Assembly (NCBI GenBank): GCA_964016885.1 | Contig: OZ024740.1 | Location: forward strand, 440,944,001-441,008,000 | DNA: 64,000 bases | Source: Eledone cirrhosa | Taxonomy: Eukaryota | Direction: 5' to 3' | In this document: positions 1 through 12,619 of the stretch, in pieces | Layout: the number at the start of each line of letters is the position of its first letter | Position numbering within the stretch: position 1 is the stretch's first letter | The notes under the pieces: generated by a model | What the model was told of the DNA's origin: nothing | The model's input: only the letters and a program-made list of their open reading frames with translations | The model's database searches: none | Translations under genes and position numbers: made by a program

Positions 1-960
1 TAGTGCAGGTTCTAACATAGTAGGGTTGTTTCTAGCATAGTAGTGTTGGTTCTCACATAGTAGTATTGGTTCTCACATAGTAGTGTTGGTTCTCACATAG
101 TAGGGTTGGTTCTCACATAGTAGTGTTGGTTCTCCCATAGTAGTGTTGGTTCTCACATAGTAGTGTTGGTTCTCACATAGTTGTGTTGGTTCTGACATAG
201 TAGTGTTGGTTCTCACATAGTATTGTAGGTTCTAACATAGTAGTGTTGGTTCTCACATAGTATTGTTGGTTCTCACATAGTAGTGTTGGTTTTCACGTAG
301 TAGTGTAGGTTCTAACATAGTAGTGTTGGTTCTAACATAGTAGTGTTGGTTCTAACATAGTAGTGTTGGTTCTAACCTAGTAGTGTTGGTTCTCACGTAG
401 TAGTGTTGGTTCTAACATAGTAGTGTTGGTTCTCACATAGTAGTGTTGGTTCTCACATAGTAGGGTTGGTTCTCACATAGTATTCTTGGTTCTAAAATAG
501 TAGTGTTGGTTCTCACATAGTAGTGTTGGTTCTCACATAGTAGGGTTGGTTCTAAAATAGTAGGGTTGGTTTTAACATAGTAGTGTTGGTTCTCACATAG
601 TAGTGTTGTTTCTCACATATTACTGTTGGTTCTCACATAGTAGTGTTGACTCTAACGAAGTAGTGTTGGTTCTAACATAGTAGTGTTGGTTCTCACATAG
701 TAGTGTTGGTTCTAACATAGTAGTGTTGGTTCTAACATAGTAGTGTTGCTTCTCACATAGTAGTGTTGGTTCTCACATAGTAGTGTTGGTTCTAACATAG
801 TGGTGTGGGTTCTCACATAGAAGTGTTGGTTCTAACATAGTAGTGTTGGTTCTAACATAGTAGTGTTGGTTCTAACATAGTAGTGTTGGTTCTCACATAG
901 TAGTGTTGGTTCTCACATAGTAGTGTTGGTTCTAACATAGTAGTGTTGGTTCTAACATAG

Positions 961-3900
961 TAGTGTTGGTTCTAATATAGTAGTGTTGGTTCTAACATAG
1001 TAGTGTTGGTTCTCACATAGAAGTGCAGGTTCTAACATAGTAGGGTTGGTTCTAACATATTAGTGTTGGTTCTAACATAGTAGTGTTGGTTCTAATATAG
1101 TAGTGTTGGTTCTAACATAGTAGTGTTGGTTCTCACATAGTAGTGCAGGTTCTAACATAGTAGGGTTAGTTCTAGCATAGTAGTGTTGGTTCTCACATAG
1201 TAGTATTGGTTCTCACATAGTAGTGTTGGTTCTCACATAGTAGGGTTGCTTCTCACATAGTAGTGTTGGTTCTCACATAGTAGTGTTGGTTCTAAAATAG
1301 TAGTGTTTGTTCTAACATAGTAGTGTTGGTTCTCACATAGTAGTGTTGGTTCTCACATAGTAGTGTTGGTTCTCACATAGTAGTGTTAGTTCTCACATAG
1401 TAGTGTTGTTTCTCACATAGTAGTGTTGGTTCTCACATAGTAGTGTTGGTTCTAACATAGTAGTGTTGGTTCTAACATAGTAGTGTTGGTTCTCACATAG
1501 TAGTGTTGGTTCTAACATAGTAGTGTTGGTTCTAACATAGTAGTGTTGGTTCTCACATAGTAGTCTTGGTTCTAACATAGTAGTGTTGGTTGTCACATAG
1601 TAGTGTTGGTTCTCACATAGTAGTGTTGGTTCTAACATAGTAGTGTTGGTTCTCACATAGTAGTGTTGGTTCTCACATAGTAGGGTTGGTTCTCACATAG
1701 TAGTGTTGGTTCTCACATAGTAGTGTTGGTTCTCACATAGTAGTGTTGGTTCTAACATAGTGGTGTTGGTTCTAACATAGTAGTGTTGGTTCTAACATAG
1801 TAGTGTTGGTTCTCACATAGTAGTGTTGGTTCTAACATAGTAGTGTTGGTTCTAACATAGTAGTGTTGGTTCTCACATAGTAGTCTTGGTTCTAACATAG
1901 TAGTGTTGGTTGTCACATAGTAGTGTTGGTTCTCACATAGTAGTGTTGGTTCTAACATAGTAGTGTTGGTTCTCACATAGTAGTGTTGGTTCTCACATAG
2001 TAGGGTTGGTTCTCACATAGTAGTGTTGGTTCTCACATAGTAGTGTTGGTTCTCACATAGTAGTGTTGGTTCTAACATAGTGGTGTTGGTTCTAACATAG
2101 TAGTGTTGGTTCTAACATAGTAGTGTTGGTTCTCACATAGTAGTGTTGGTTCTAACATAGTAGTGTTGGTTCTCACATAGTAGTGTTGGTTCTCACATAG
2201 TAGTGTTAGTTCTCACATAGTAGTGTTGTTTCTCACATAGTAGTGTTGGTTCTCACATAGTAGTGTTGGTTCTAACATAGTAGTGTTGGTGCTAACATAG
2301 TAGTGTTGCTTCTCACATAGTAGTCTTGGTTCTAACATAGTAGTGTTGGTTCTAACATAGTAGTGTTGGTTCTCACATAGTAGTCTTGGTTCTAACATAG
2401 TAGTGTTGGTTCTCACATAGTAGTGTTGGTTCTTACATAGTAGTGTTGGTTCTAACATAGTAGTGTTGGTTCTCACATAGTAGTGTTGGTTCTCACATAG
2501 TAGTGTTGGTTCTCACATAGTATTGTTGGTTCTCACATAGTAGTGTTGGTTCTGACATAGTAGTGTTGGTTCTAACATAGTATTGTAGGTTCTAACATAG
2601 TAGTGTTGGTTCTCATATAGTATTGTTGGTTCTCACATAGTAGTGTTTGTTTTCACGTAGTAGTGTAGGTTCTAACATAGTAGTGTTGGTTCTAACATAG
2701 TAGTGTTGGTTCTAACATAGTATTGTTGGTTCTAACCTAGTAGTGTTGGTTCTCACGTAGTAGTGTTGGTTCTAACATAGTAGTGTTGGTTCTCACATAG
2801 TAGTGTTGGTTCTCACATAGTAGTGTTGGTTCTAACATAGTGGTGTGGGTTCTCACATAGAAGTGTTGGTTCTCACATAGTAGTGTTGGTTCTCACATAG
2901 TAGTGTTGGTTCTAATATAGTAGTGTTGGTTCTAACATAGTAGTGTTGGTTCTCACATAGAAGTGCAGGTTCTAACATAGTAGGGTTGGTTCTAACATAT
3001 TAGTGTTGGTTCTAACATAGTAGTGTTGGTTCTAATATAGTAGTGTTGGTTCTAACATAGTAGTGTTGGTTCTCACATAGTAGTGCAGGTTCTAACATAG
3101 TAGGGTTAGTTCTAGCATAGTAGTGTTGGTTCTCACATAGTAGTATTGGTTCTCACATAGTAGTGTTGCTTCTCACATAGTAGGGTTGCTTCTCACATAG
3201 TAGTGTTGGTTCTCACATAGTAGTGTTGGTTCTAAAATAGTAGTGTTTGTTCTAACATAGTAGTGTTGGTTCTCACATAGTAGTGTTGGTTCTCACATAG
3301 TAGTGTTGGTTCTCACATAGTAGTGTTAGTTCTCACATAGTAGTGTTGTTTCTCACATAGTAGTGTTGGTTCTCACATAGTAGTGTTGGTTCTAACATAG
3401 TAGTGTTGGTTCTAACATAGTAGTGTTGGTTCTCACATAGTAGTGTTGGTTCTAACATAGTAGTGTTGGTTCTAACATAGTAGTGTTGGTTCTCACATAG
3501 TAGTCTTGGTTCTAACATAGTAGTGTTGGTTGTCACATAGTAGTGTTGGTTCTTACATAGTAGTGTTGGTTCTAACATAGTAGTGTTGGTTCTCACATAG
3601 TAGTGTTGGTTCTCACATAGTAGGGTTGGTTCTCACATAGTAGTGTTGGTTCTCACATAGTAGTGTTGGTTCTCACATAGTAGTGTTGGTTCTAACATAG
3701 TGGTGTTGGTTCTAACATAGTAGTGTTGGTTCTAACATAGTAGTGTTGGTTCTCACATAGTAGTGTTGGTTCTAACATAGTAGTGTTGGTTCTAACATAG
3801 TAGTGTTGGTTCTCACATAGTAGTCTTGGTTCTAACATAGTAGTGTTGGTTGTCACATAGTAGTGTTGGTTCTCACATAGTAGTGTTGGTTCTAACATAG

Positions 3901-4840
3901 TAGTGTTGGTTCTCACATAGTAGTGTTGGTTCTCACATAGTAGGGTTGGTTCTCACATAGTAGTGTTGGTTCTCACATAGTAGTGTTGGTTCTCACATAG
4001 TAGTGTTGGTTCTAACATAGTGGTGTTGGTTCTAACATAGTAGTGTTGGTTCTAACATAGTAGTGTTGGTTCTCACATAGTAGTGTTGGTTCTAACATAG
4101 TAGTGTTGGTTCTCACATAGTAGTGTTGGTTCTCACATAGTAGTGTTAGTTCTCACATAGTAGTGTTGTTTCTCACATAGTAGTGTTGGTTCTCACATAG
4201 TAGTGTTGGTTCTAACATAGTAGTGTTGGTGCTAACATAGTAGTGTTGCTTCTCACATAGTAGTCTTGGTTCTAACATAGTAGTGTTGGTTCTAACATAG
4301 TAGTGTTGGTTCTCACATAGTAGTCTTGGTTCTAACATAGTAGTGTTGGTTCTCACATAGTAGTGTTGGTTCTTACATAGTAGTGTTGGTTCTAACATAG
4401 TAGTGTTGGTTCTCACATAGTAGTGTTGGTTCTCACATAGTAGTGTTGGTTCTCACATAGTATTGTTGGTTCTCACATAGTAGTGTTGGTTCTGACATAG
4501 TAGTGTTGGTTCTAACATAGTATTGTAGGTTCTAACATAGTAGTGTTGGTTCTCATATAGTATTGTTGGTTCTCACATAGTAGTGTTTGTTTTCACGTAG
4601 TAGTGTAGGTTCTAACATAGTAGTGTTGGTTCTAACATAGTAGTGTTGGTTCTAACATAGTAGTGTTGGTTCTAACCTAGTAGTGTTGGTTCTCACGTAG
4701 TAGTGTTGGTTCTAACATAGTAGTGTTGGTTCTCACATAGTAGTGTTGGTTCTCACATAGTAGTGTTGGTTCTAACATAGTGGTGTGGGTTCTCACATAG
4801 AAGTGTTGGTTCTCACATAGTAGTGTTGGTTCTCACATAG
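961..4840. repeat. Tandem block duplication, 2 x 1,940 bp (97 monomers)
   Basis: Variant series repeats at offset 1940: TCTAATAT monomer 961/2901, TAGGGTTAGT 1161/3101, GCTAAC 2291/4231; ORF track 1393/3333, 1752/3692, 2213/4153. Confidence 0.9.
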
Positions 4841-7081
4841 TAGGGTTGGTTCTCACATAGTAGTCTTGGTTCTAAAATAGTAGTGTTGGTTCTCACATAG
4901 TAGTGTTGGTTCTCACATAGTAGGGTTGGTTCTAAAATAGTAGGGTTGGTTTTAACATAGTAGTGTTGGTTCTCACATAGTAGTGTTGTTTCTCACATAG
5001 TAGTGTTGGTTCTCACATAGTAGTGTTGGCTCTAACAAAGTAGTGTTGGTTCTAACATAGTAGTGTTGGTTCTCACATAGTAGTGTTGGTTCTAACATAG
5101 TAGTGTTGGTTCTAACATAGTAGTGTTGCTTCTCACATAGTAGTGTTGCTTCTCACATAGTAGTGTTGGTTTTAACATAGTGGTGTGGGTTCTCACATAG
5201 AAGTGTTGGTTCTAACATAGTAGTGTTGGTTCTAACATAGTAGTGTTGGTTCTAACATAGTAGTGTTGGTTCTCACATAGTAGTGTTGGTTCTCACATAG
5301 TAGTGTTGGTTCTAACATAGTAGTGTTGGTTCTAACATAGTAGTGTTGGTTCTAATATAGTAGTGTTGGTTCTAACATAGTAGTGTTGGTTCTCACATAG
5401 AAGTGCAGGTTCTAACATAGTAGGGTTGGTTCTAGCATAGTAGTGTTGGTTCTCACATAGTAGTGTTGGCTCTAACAAAGTAGTGTTGGTTCTAACATAG
5501 TAGTGTTGGTTCTCACATAGTAGTGTTGGTTCTAACATAGTAGTGTTGGTTATAACATAGTAGTGTTGGTTCTCACATAGTAGTGTTGGTTCTCACATAG
5601 TAGTGTGGGTTCTAACATAGTGGTGTGGGTTCTCACATAGAAGTGTTGGTTCTAACATAGTAGTGTTGGTTCTCACATAGTAGTGTTGGTTCTCACATAG
5701 TAGTGTTGGTTCTAACATATTAGTGTTGGTTCTAACATAGTAGTGTTGGTTCTAATATAGTAGTGTTGGTTCTAACATAGTAGTGTTGGTTCTCACATAG
5801 TAGTGCAGGTTCTAACATAGTAGGGTTGGTTCTAGCATAGTAGTGTTGGTTCTCACATAGTAGTATTGGTTCTCACATAGTAGTGTTGGTTCTCACATAG
5901 TAGGGTTGGTTCTCACATAGTAGTGTTGGTTCTCACATAGTAGTGTTGGTTCTAAAATAGTAGTGTTTGTTCTAACATAGTAGTGTTGGTTCTCACATAG
6001 TAGTCTTGGTTCTAACATAGTAGTGTTGGTTGTCACATATATAGTGTTGGTTCTCACATAGTAGTGTTGGTTCTAACATAGTAGTGTTGGTTCTCACATA
6101 GTAGTGTTGGTTCTCACATAGTAGGGTTGGTTCTCACATAGTAGTGTTGGTTCTCACATAGTAGTGTTGGTTCTCACATAGTAGTGTTGGTTCTAACATA
6201 GTGGTGTTGGTTCTAACATAGTAGTGTTGGTTCTAACATAGTAGTGTTGGTTCTCACATAGTAGTGTTGGTTCTAACATAGTAGTGTTGGTTCTAACATA
6301 GTAGTGTTGGTTCTCACATAGTAGTCTTGGTTCTAACATAGTAGTGTTGGTTGTCACATAGTAGTGTTGGTTCTCACATAGTAGTGTTGGTTCTAACATA
6401 GTAGTGTTGGTTCTCACATAGTAGTGTTGGTTCTCACATAGTAGGGTTGGTTCTCACATAGTAGTGTTGGTTCTCACATAGTAGTGTTGGTTCTCACATA
6501 GTAGTGTTGGTTCTAACATAGTGGTGTTGGTTCTAACATAGTAGTGTTGGTTCTAACATAGTAGTGTTGTTTCTCACATAGTAGTGTTGGTTCTAACATA
6601 GTAGTGTTGGTTCTCACATAGTAGTGTTGGTTCTCACATAGTAGTGTTAGTTCTCACATAGTAGTGTTGTTTCTCACATAGTAGTGTTGGTTCTCACATA
6701 GTAGTGTTGGTTCTAACATAGTAGTGTTGGTGCTAACATAGTAGTGTTGCTTCTCACATAGTAGTCTTGGTTCTAACATAGTAGTGTTGGTTCTAACATA
6801 GTAGTGTTGGTTCTCACATAGTAGTGTTGGTTCTAACATAGTGGTGTTGGTTCTAACATAGTAGTGTTGGTTCTAACATAGTAGTGTTGGTTCTCACATA
6901 GTAGTGTTGGTGTTCACATAGTAGGGTTGGTTCTCACATAGTAGTGTTGGTTCTCACATAGTAGTGTTGGTTCTCACATAGTAGTGTTGGTTCTAACATA
7001 TTAGTGTTGGTTCTAACATAGTAGTGTTGGTTCTAATATAGTAGTGTTGGTTCTAACATAGTAGTGTTGGTTCTCACATAG

Positions 7082-10000
7082 TAGTGCAGGTTCTAACATA
7101 GTAGGGTTGTTTCTAGCATAGTAGTGTTGGTTCTCACATAGTAGTATTGGTTCTCACATAGTAGTGTTGGTTCTCACATAGTAGGGTTGGTTCTCACATA
7201 GTAGTGTTGGTTCTCCCATAGTAGTGTTGGTTCTCACATAGTAGTGTTGGTTCTCACATAGTTGTGTTGGTTCTGACATAGTAGTGTTGGTTCTCACATA
7301 GTATTGTAGGTTCTAACATAGTAGTGTTGGTTCTCACATAGTATTGTTGGTTCTCACATAGTAGTGTTGGTTTTCACGTAGTAGTGTAGGTTCTAACATA
7401 GTAGTGTTGGTTCTAACATAGTAGTGTTGGTTCTAACATAGTAGTGTTGGTTCTAACCTAGTAGTGTTGGTTCTCACATAGTAGTGTTGGTTCTAACATA
7501 GTAGTGTTGGTTCTCACATAGTAGTGTTGGTTCTCACATAGTAGGGTTGGTTCTCACATAGTATTCTTGGTTCTAAAATAGTAGTGTTGGTTCTCACATA
7601 GTAGTGTTGGTTCTCACATAGTAGGGTTGGTTCTAAAATAGTAGGGTTGGTTTTAACATAGTAGTGTTGGTTCTCACATAGTAGTGTTGTTTCTCACATA
7701 TTACTGTTGGTTCTCACATAGTAGTGTTGACTCTAACGAAGTAGTGTTGGTTCTAACATAGTAGTGTTGGTTCTCACATAGTAGTGTTGGTTCTAACATA
7801 GTAGTGTTGGTTCTAACATAGTAGTGTTGCTTCTCACATAGTAGTGTTGGTTCTCACATAGTAGTGTTGGTTCTAACATAGTGGTGTGGGTTCTCACATA
7901 GAAGTGTTGGTTCTAACATAGTAGTGTTGGTTCTAACATAGTAGTGTTGGTTCTAACATAGTAGTGTTGGTTCTCACATAGTAGTGTTGGTTCTCACATA
8001 GTAGTGTTGGTTCTAACATAGTAGTGTTGGTTCTAACATAGTAGTGTTGGTTCTAATATAGTAGTGTTGGTTCTAACATAGTAGTGTTGGTTCTCACATA
8101 GAAGTGCAGGTTCTAACATAGTAGGGTTGGTTCTAACATATTAGTGTTGGTTCTAACATAGTAGTGTTGGTTCTAATATAGTAGTGTTGGTTCTAACATA
8201 GTAGTGTTGGTTCTCACATAGTAGTGTTGGTTCTCACATAGTAGTGTTGGTTCTCACATAGTAGGGTTGCTTCTCACATAGTAGTGTTGGTTCTCACATA
8301 GTAGTGTTGGTTCTAAAATAGTAGTGTTTGTTCTAACATAGTAGTGTTGGTTCTCACATAGTAGTGTTGGTTCTCACATAGTAGTGTTGGTTCTCACATA
8401 GTAGTGTTAGTTCTCACATAGTAGTGTTGTTTCTCACATAGTAGTGTTGGTTCTCACATAGTAGTGTTGGTTCTAACATAGTAGTGTTGGTTCTAACATA
8501 GTAGTGTTGGTTCTCACATAGTAGTGTTGGTTCTAACATAGTAGTGTTGGTTCTAACATAGTAGTGTTGGTTCTCACATAGTAGTCTTGGTTCTAACATA
8601 GTAGTGTTGGTTGTCACATAGTAGTGTTGGTTCTCACATAGTAGTGTTGGTTCTAACATAGTAGTGTTGGTTCTCACATAGTAGTGTTGGTTCTCACATA
8701 GTAGGGTTGGTTCTCACATAGTAGTGTTGGTTCTCACATAGTAGTGTTGGTTCTCACATAGTAGTGTTGGTTCTAACATAGTGGTGTTGGTTCTAACATA
8801 GTAGTGTTGGTTCTAACATAGTAGTGTTGGTTCTCACATAGTAGTGTTGGTTCTAACATAGTAGTGTTGGTTCTAACATAGTAGTGTTGGTTCTCACATA
8901 GTAGTCTTGGTTCTAACATAGTAGTGTTGGTTGTCACATAGTAGTGTTGGTTCTCACATAGTAGTGTTGGTTCTAACATAGTAGTGTTGGTTCTCACATA
9001 GTAGTGTTGGTTCTCACATAGTAGGGTTGGTTCTCACATAGTAGTGTTGGTTCTCACATAGTAGTGTTGGTTCTCACATAGTAGTGTTGGTTCTAACATA
9101 GTGGTGTTGGTTCTAACATAGTAGTGTTGGTTCTAACATAGTAGTGTTGGTTCTCACATAGTAGTGTTGGTTCTAACATAGTAGTGTTGGTTCTCACATA
9201 GTAGTGTTGGTTCTCACATAGTAGTGTTAGTTCTCACATAGTAGTGTTGTTTCTCACATAGTAGTGTTGGTTCTCACATAGTAGTGTTGGTTCTAACATA
9301 GTAGTGTTGGTGCTAACATAGTAGTGTTGCTTCTCACATAGTAGTCTTGGTTCTAACATAGTAGTGTTGGTTCTAACATAGTAGTGTTGGTTCTCACATA
9401 GTAGTCTTGGTTCTAACATAGTAGTGTTGGTTCTCACATAGTAGTGTTGGTTCTTACATAGTAGTGTTGGTTCTAACATAGTAGTGTTGGTTCTCACATA
9501 GTAGTGTTGGTTCTCACATAGTAGTGTTGGTTCTCACATAGTATTGTTGGTTCTCACATAGTAGTGTTGGTTCTGACATAGTAGTGTTGGTTCTAACATA
9601 GTATTGTAGGTTCTAACATAGTAGTGTTGGTTCTCATATAGTATTGTTGGTTCTCACATAGTAGTGTTTGTTTTCACGTAGTAGTGTAGGTTCTAACATA
9701 GTAGTGTTGGTTCTAACATAGTAGTGTTGGTTCTAACATAGTAGTGTTGGTTCTAACCTAGTAGTGTTGGTTCTCACGTAGTAGTGTTGGTTCTAACATA
9801 GTAGTGTTGGTTCTCACATAGTAGTGTTGGTTCTCACATAGTAGTGTTGGTTCTAACATAGTGGTGTGGGTTCTCACATAGAAGTGTTGGTTCTCACATA
9901 GTAGTGTTGGTTCTCACATAGTAGGGTTGGTTCTCACATAGTAGTCTTGGTTCTAAAATAGTAGTGTTGGTTCTCACATAGTAGTGTTGGTTCTCACATA

Positions 10001-11080
10001 GTAGGGTTGGTTCTAAAATAGTAGGGTTGGTTTTAACATAGTAGTGTTGGTTCTCACATAGTAGTGTTGTTTCTCACATAGTAGTGTTGGTTCTCACATA
10101 GTAGTGTTGGCTCTAACAAAGTAGTGTTGGTTCTAACATAGTAGTGTTGGTTCTCACATAGTAGTGTTGGTTCTAACATAGTAGTGTTGGTTCTAACATA
10201 GTAGTGTTGCTTCTCACATAGTAGTGTTGCTTCTCACATAGTAGTGTTGGTTCTAACATAGTGGTGTGGGTTCTCACATAGAAGTGTTGGTTCTAACATA
10301 GTAGTGTTGGTTCTAACATAGTAGTGTTGGTTCTAACATAGTAGTGTTGGTTCTCACATAGTAGTGTTGGTTCTCACATAGTAGTGTTGGTTCTAACATA
10401 GTAGTGTTGGTTCTAACATAGTAGTGTTGGTTCTAATATAGTAGTGTTGGTTCTAACATAGTAGTGTTGGTTCTCACATAGAAGTGCAGGTTCTAACATA
10501 GTAGGGTTGGTTCTAGCATAGTAGTGTTGGTTCTCACATAGTAGTGTTGGCTCTAACAAAGTAGTGTTGGTTCTAACATAGTAGTGTTGGTTCTCACATA
10601 GTAGTGTTGGTTCTAACATAGTAGTGTTGGTTATAACATAGTAGTGTTGGTTCTCACATAGTAGTGTTGGTTCTCACATAGTAGTGTGGGTTCTAACATA
10701 GTGGTGTGGGTTCTCACATAGAAGTGTTGGTTCTAACATAGTAGTGTTGGTTCTCACATAGTAGTGTTGGTTCTCACATAGTAGTGTTGGTTCTAACATA
10801 TTAGTGTTGGTTCTAACATAGTAGTGTTGGTTCTAATATAGTAGTGTTGGTTCTAACATAGTAGTGTTGGTTCTCACATAGTAGTGCAGGTTCTAACATA
10901 GTAGGGTTGGTTCTAGCATAGTAGTGTTGGTTCTCACATAGTAGTATTGGTTCTCACATAGTAGTGTTGGTTCTCACATAGTAGGGTTGGTTCTCACATA
11001 GTAGTGTTGGTTCTCACATAGTAGTGTTGGTTCTAAAATAGTAGTGTTTGTTCTAACATAGTAGTGTTGGTTCTCACATA
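7082..11080. repeat. Second copy of the 1-6,000 block, lacking one 60-bp segment and the internal 1,940-bp duplication
   Basis: Rare variants TCTCCCAT (131/7212) and GACTCTAACGAAG (648/7729) recur at offset 7081. The offset becomes 7021 (ORFs 1393/8414) and then 5081 (ORFs 4153/9234, 5332/10413); 7081 = 5081 + 1940 + 60. Confidence 0.88.
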
Positions 11081-12619
11081 GTAGTGTTGGTTCTCACATA
11101 GTAGTGTTGGTTCTCACATAGTAGTGTTAGTTCTCACATAGTAGTGTTGTTTCTCACATAGTAGTGTTGGTTCTCACATAGTAGTGTTGGTTCTAACATA
11201 GTAGTGTTGGTTCTAACATAGTAGTGTTGGTTCTCACATAGTAGTGTTGGTTCTCACATAGTAGTGTTGGTTCTAACATAGTAGTGTTGGTTCTCACATA
11301 GTAGTCTTGGTTCTAACATAGTAGTGTTGGTTGTCACATAGTAGTGTTGGTTCTCACATAGTAGTGTTGGTTCTAACATAGTAGTGTTGGTTCTCACATA
11401 GTAGTGTTGGTTCTCACATAGTAGGGTTGGTTCTCACATAGTAGTGTTGGTTCTCACGTAGTAGTGTTGGTTCTCACATAGTAGTGTTGGTTCTAACATA
11501 GTGGTGTTGGTTCTAACATAGTAGTGTTGGTTCTCACATAGTAGTGTTGGTTCTAACATAGTGGTGTTGGTTCTAACATAGTAGTGTTGGTTCTAACATA
11601 GTAGTGTTGGTTCTCACATAGTAGTGTTGGTTCTAACATAGTAGTGTTGGTTCTCACATAGTAGGGTTGGTTCTCACATAGTAGTGTTGGTTCTCACATA
11701 GTAGTGTTGGTTCTAGCATAGTAGTGTTGGTTCTCACATAGTAATGTTGGTTCTCACATAGTAGTGTTGTTTCTCACATAGTAGTATTGGTTCTCACATA
11801 GTAGTGTTGGTTCTCACATAGTAGTATTGGTTCTCACATAGTAGTGTTGGTTCTCACATAGTAGGGTTGGTTCTCACATATTAGTGTTGGTTCTCACATA
11901 GTAGTGTTGGTTCTAACATAGTAGTGTTTGTTCTAACATAGTAGTGTTGGTTCTCACATAGTAATGTTGGTTCTCACATAGTAGTGTTGGTTCTCACATA
12001 GTAGTGTTAGTTCTCACATAGTAGTGTTGTTTCTCACATAGTAGTGTTGGTTCTCACATAGTAGTGTTGGTTCTAACATAGTAGTGTTGGTTCTAACATA
12101 GTAGTGTTGGTTCTAACATAGTAGTGTTGGTTCTCACATAGTAGTCTTGGTTCTAACATAGTAGTGTTGGTTGTCACGTAGTAGTGTTGGTTCTCACATA
12201 GTAGTGTTGGTTCTAACATAGTAGTGTTGGTTCTCACATAGTAGTGTTGGTTCTCACATAGTAGTGTTGGTTCTCACATAGTAGTGTTGGTTCTCACATA
12301 GTAGTGTTGGTTCTGACATAGTAGTGTTGGTTCTCACATAGTATTGTAGGTTCTAACATAGTAGTGTTGGTTCTCACATAGTATTGTTGGTTCTCACATA
12401 GTAGTGTTGGTTTTCACGTAGTAGTGTAGGTTCTAACATAGTAGTGTTGGTTCTAACATAGTAGTGTTGGTTCTAACATAGTAGTGTTGGTTCTAACCTA
12501 GTAGTGTTGGTTCTCACGTAGTAGTGTTGGTTCTAACATAGTAGTGTTGGTTCTCACATAGTAGTGTTGGTTCTCACATAGTAGTGTTGGTTCTAAAATA
12601 GTGGTGTGGGTTCTCACAT

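Noticed and set aside
290-400. CACGTA/TACGTG motifs resembling hypoxia-response or ACGT-core elements
   Set aside because: These are single-base variants of the monomer with no gene or promoter context, and such short motifs are expected by chance.
4921-4960. Possible G-quadruplex from adjacent GGGTTGG monomers
   Set aside because: The tracts are mostly GG, and GGG runs are 20 bp apart and rarely more than two in a row; there is no canonical four-GGG motif.
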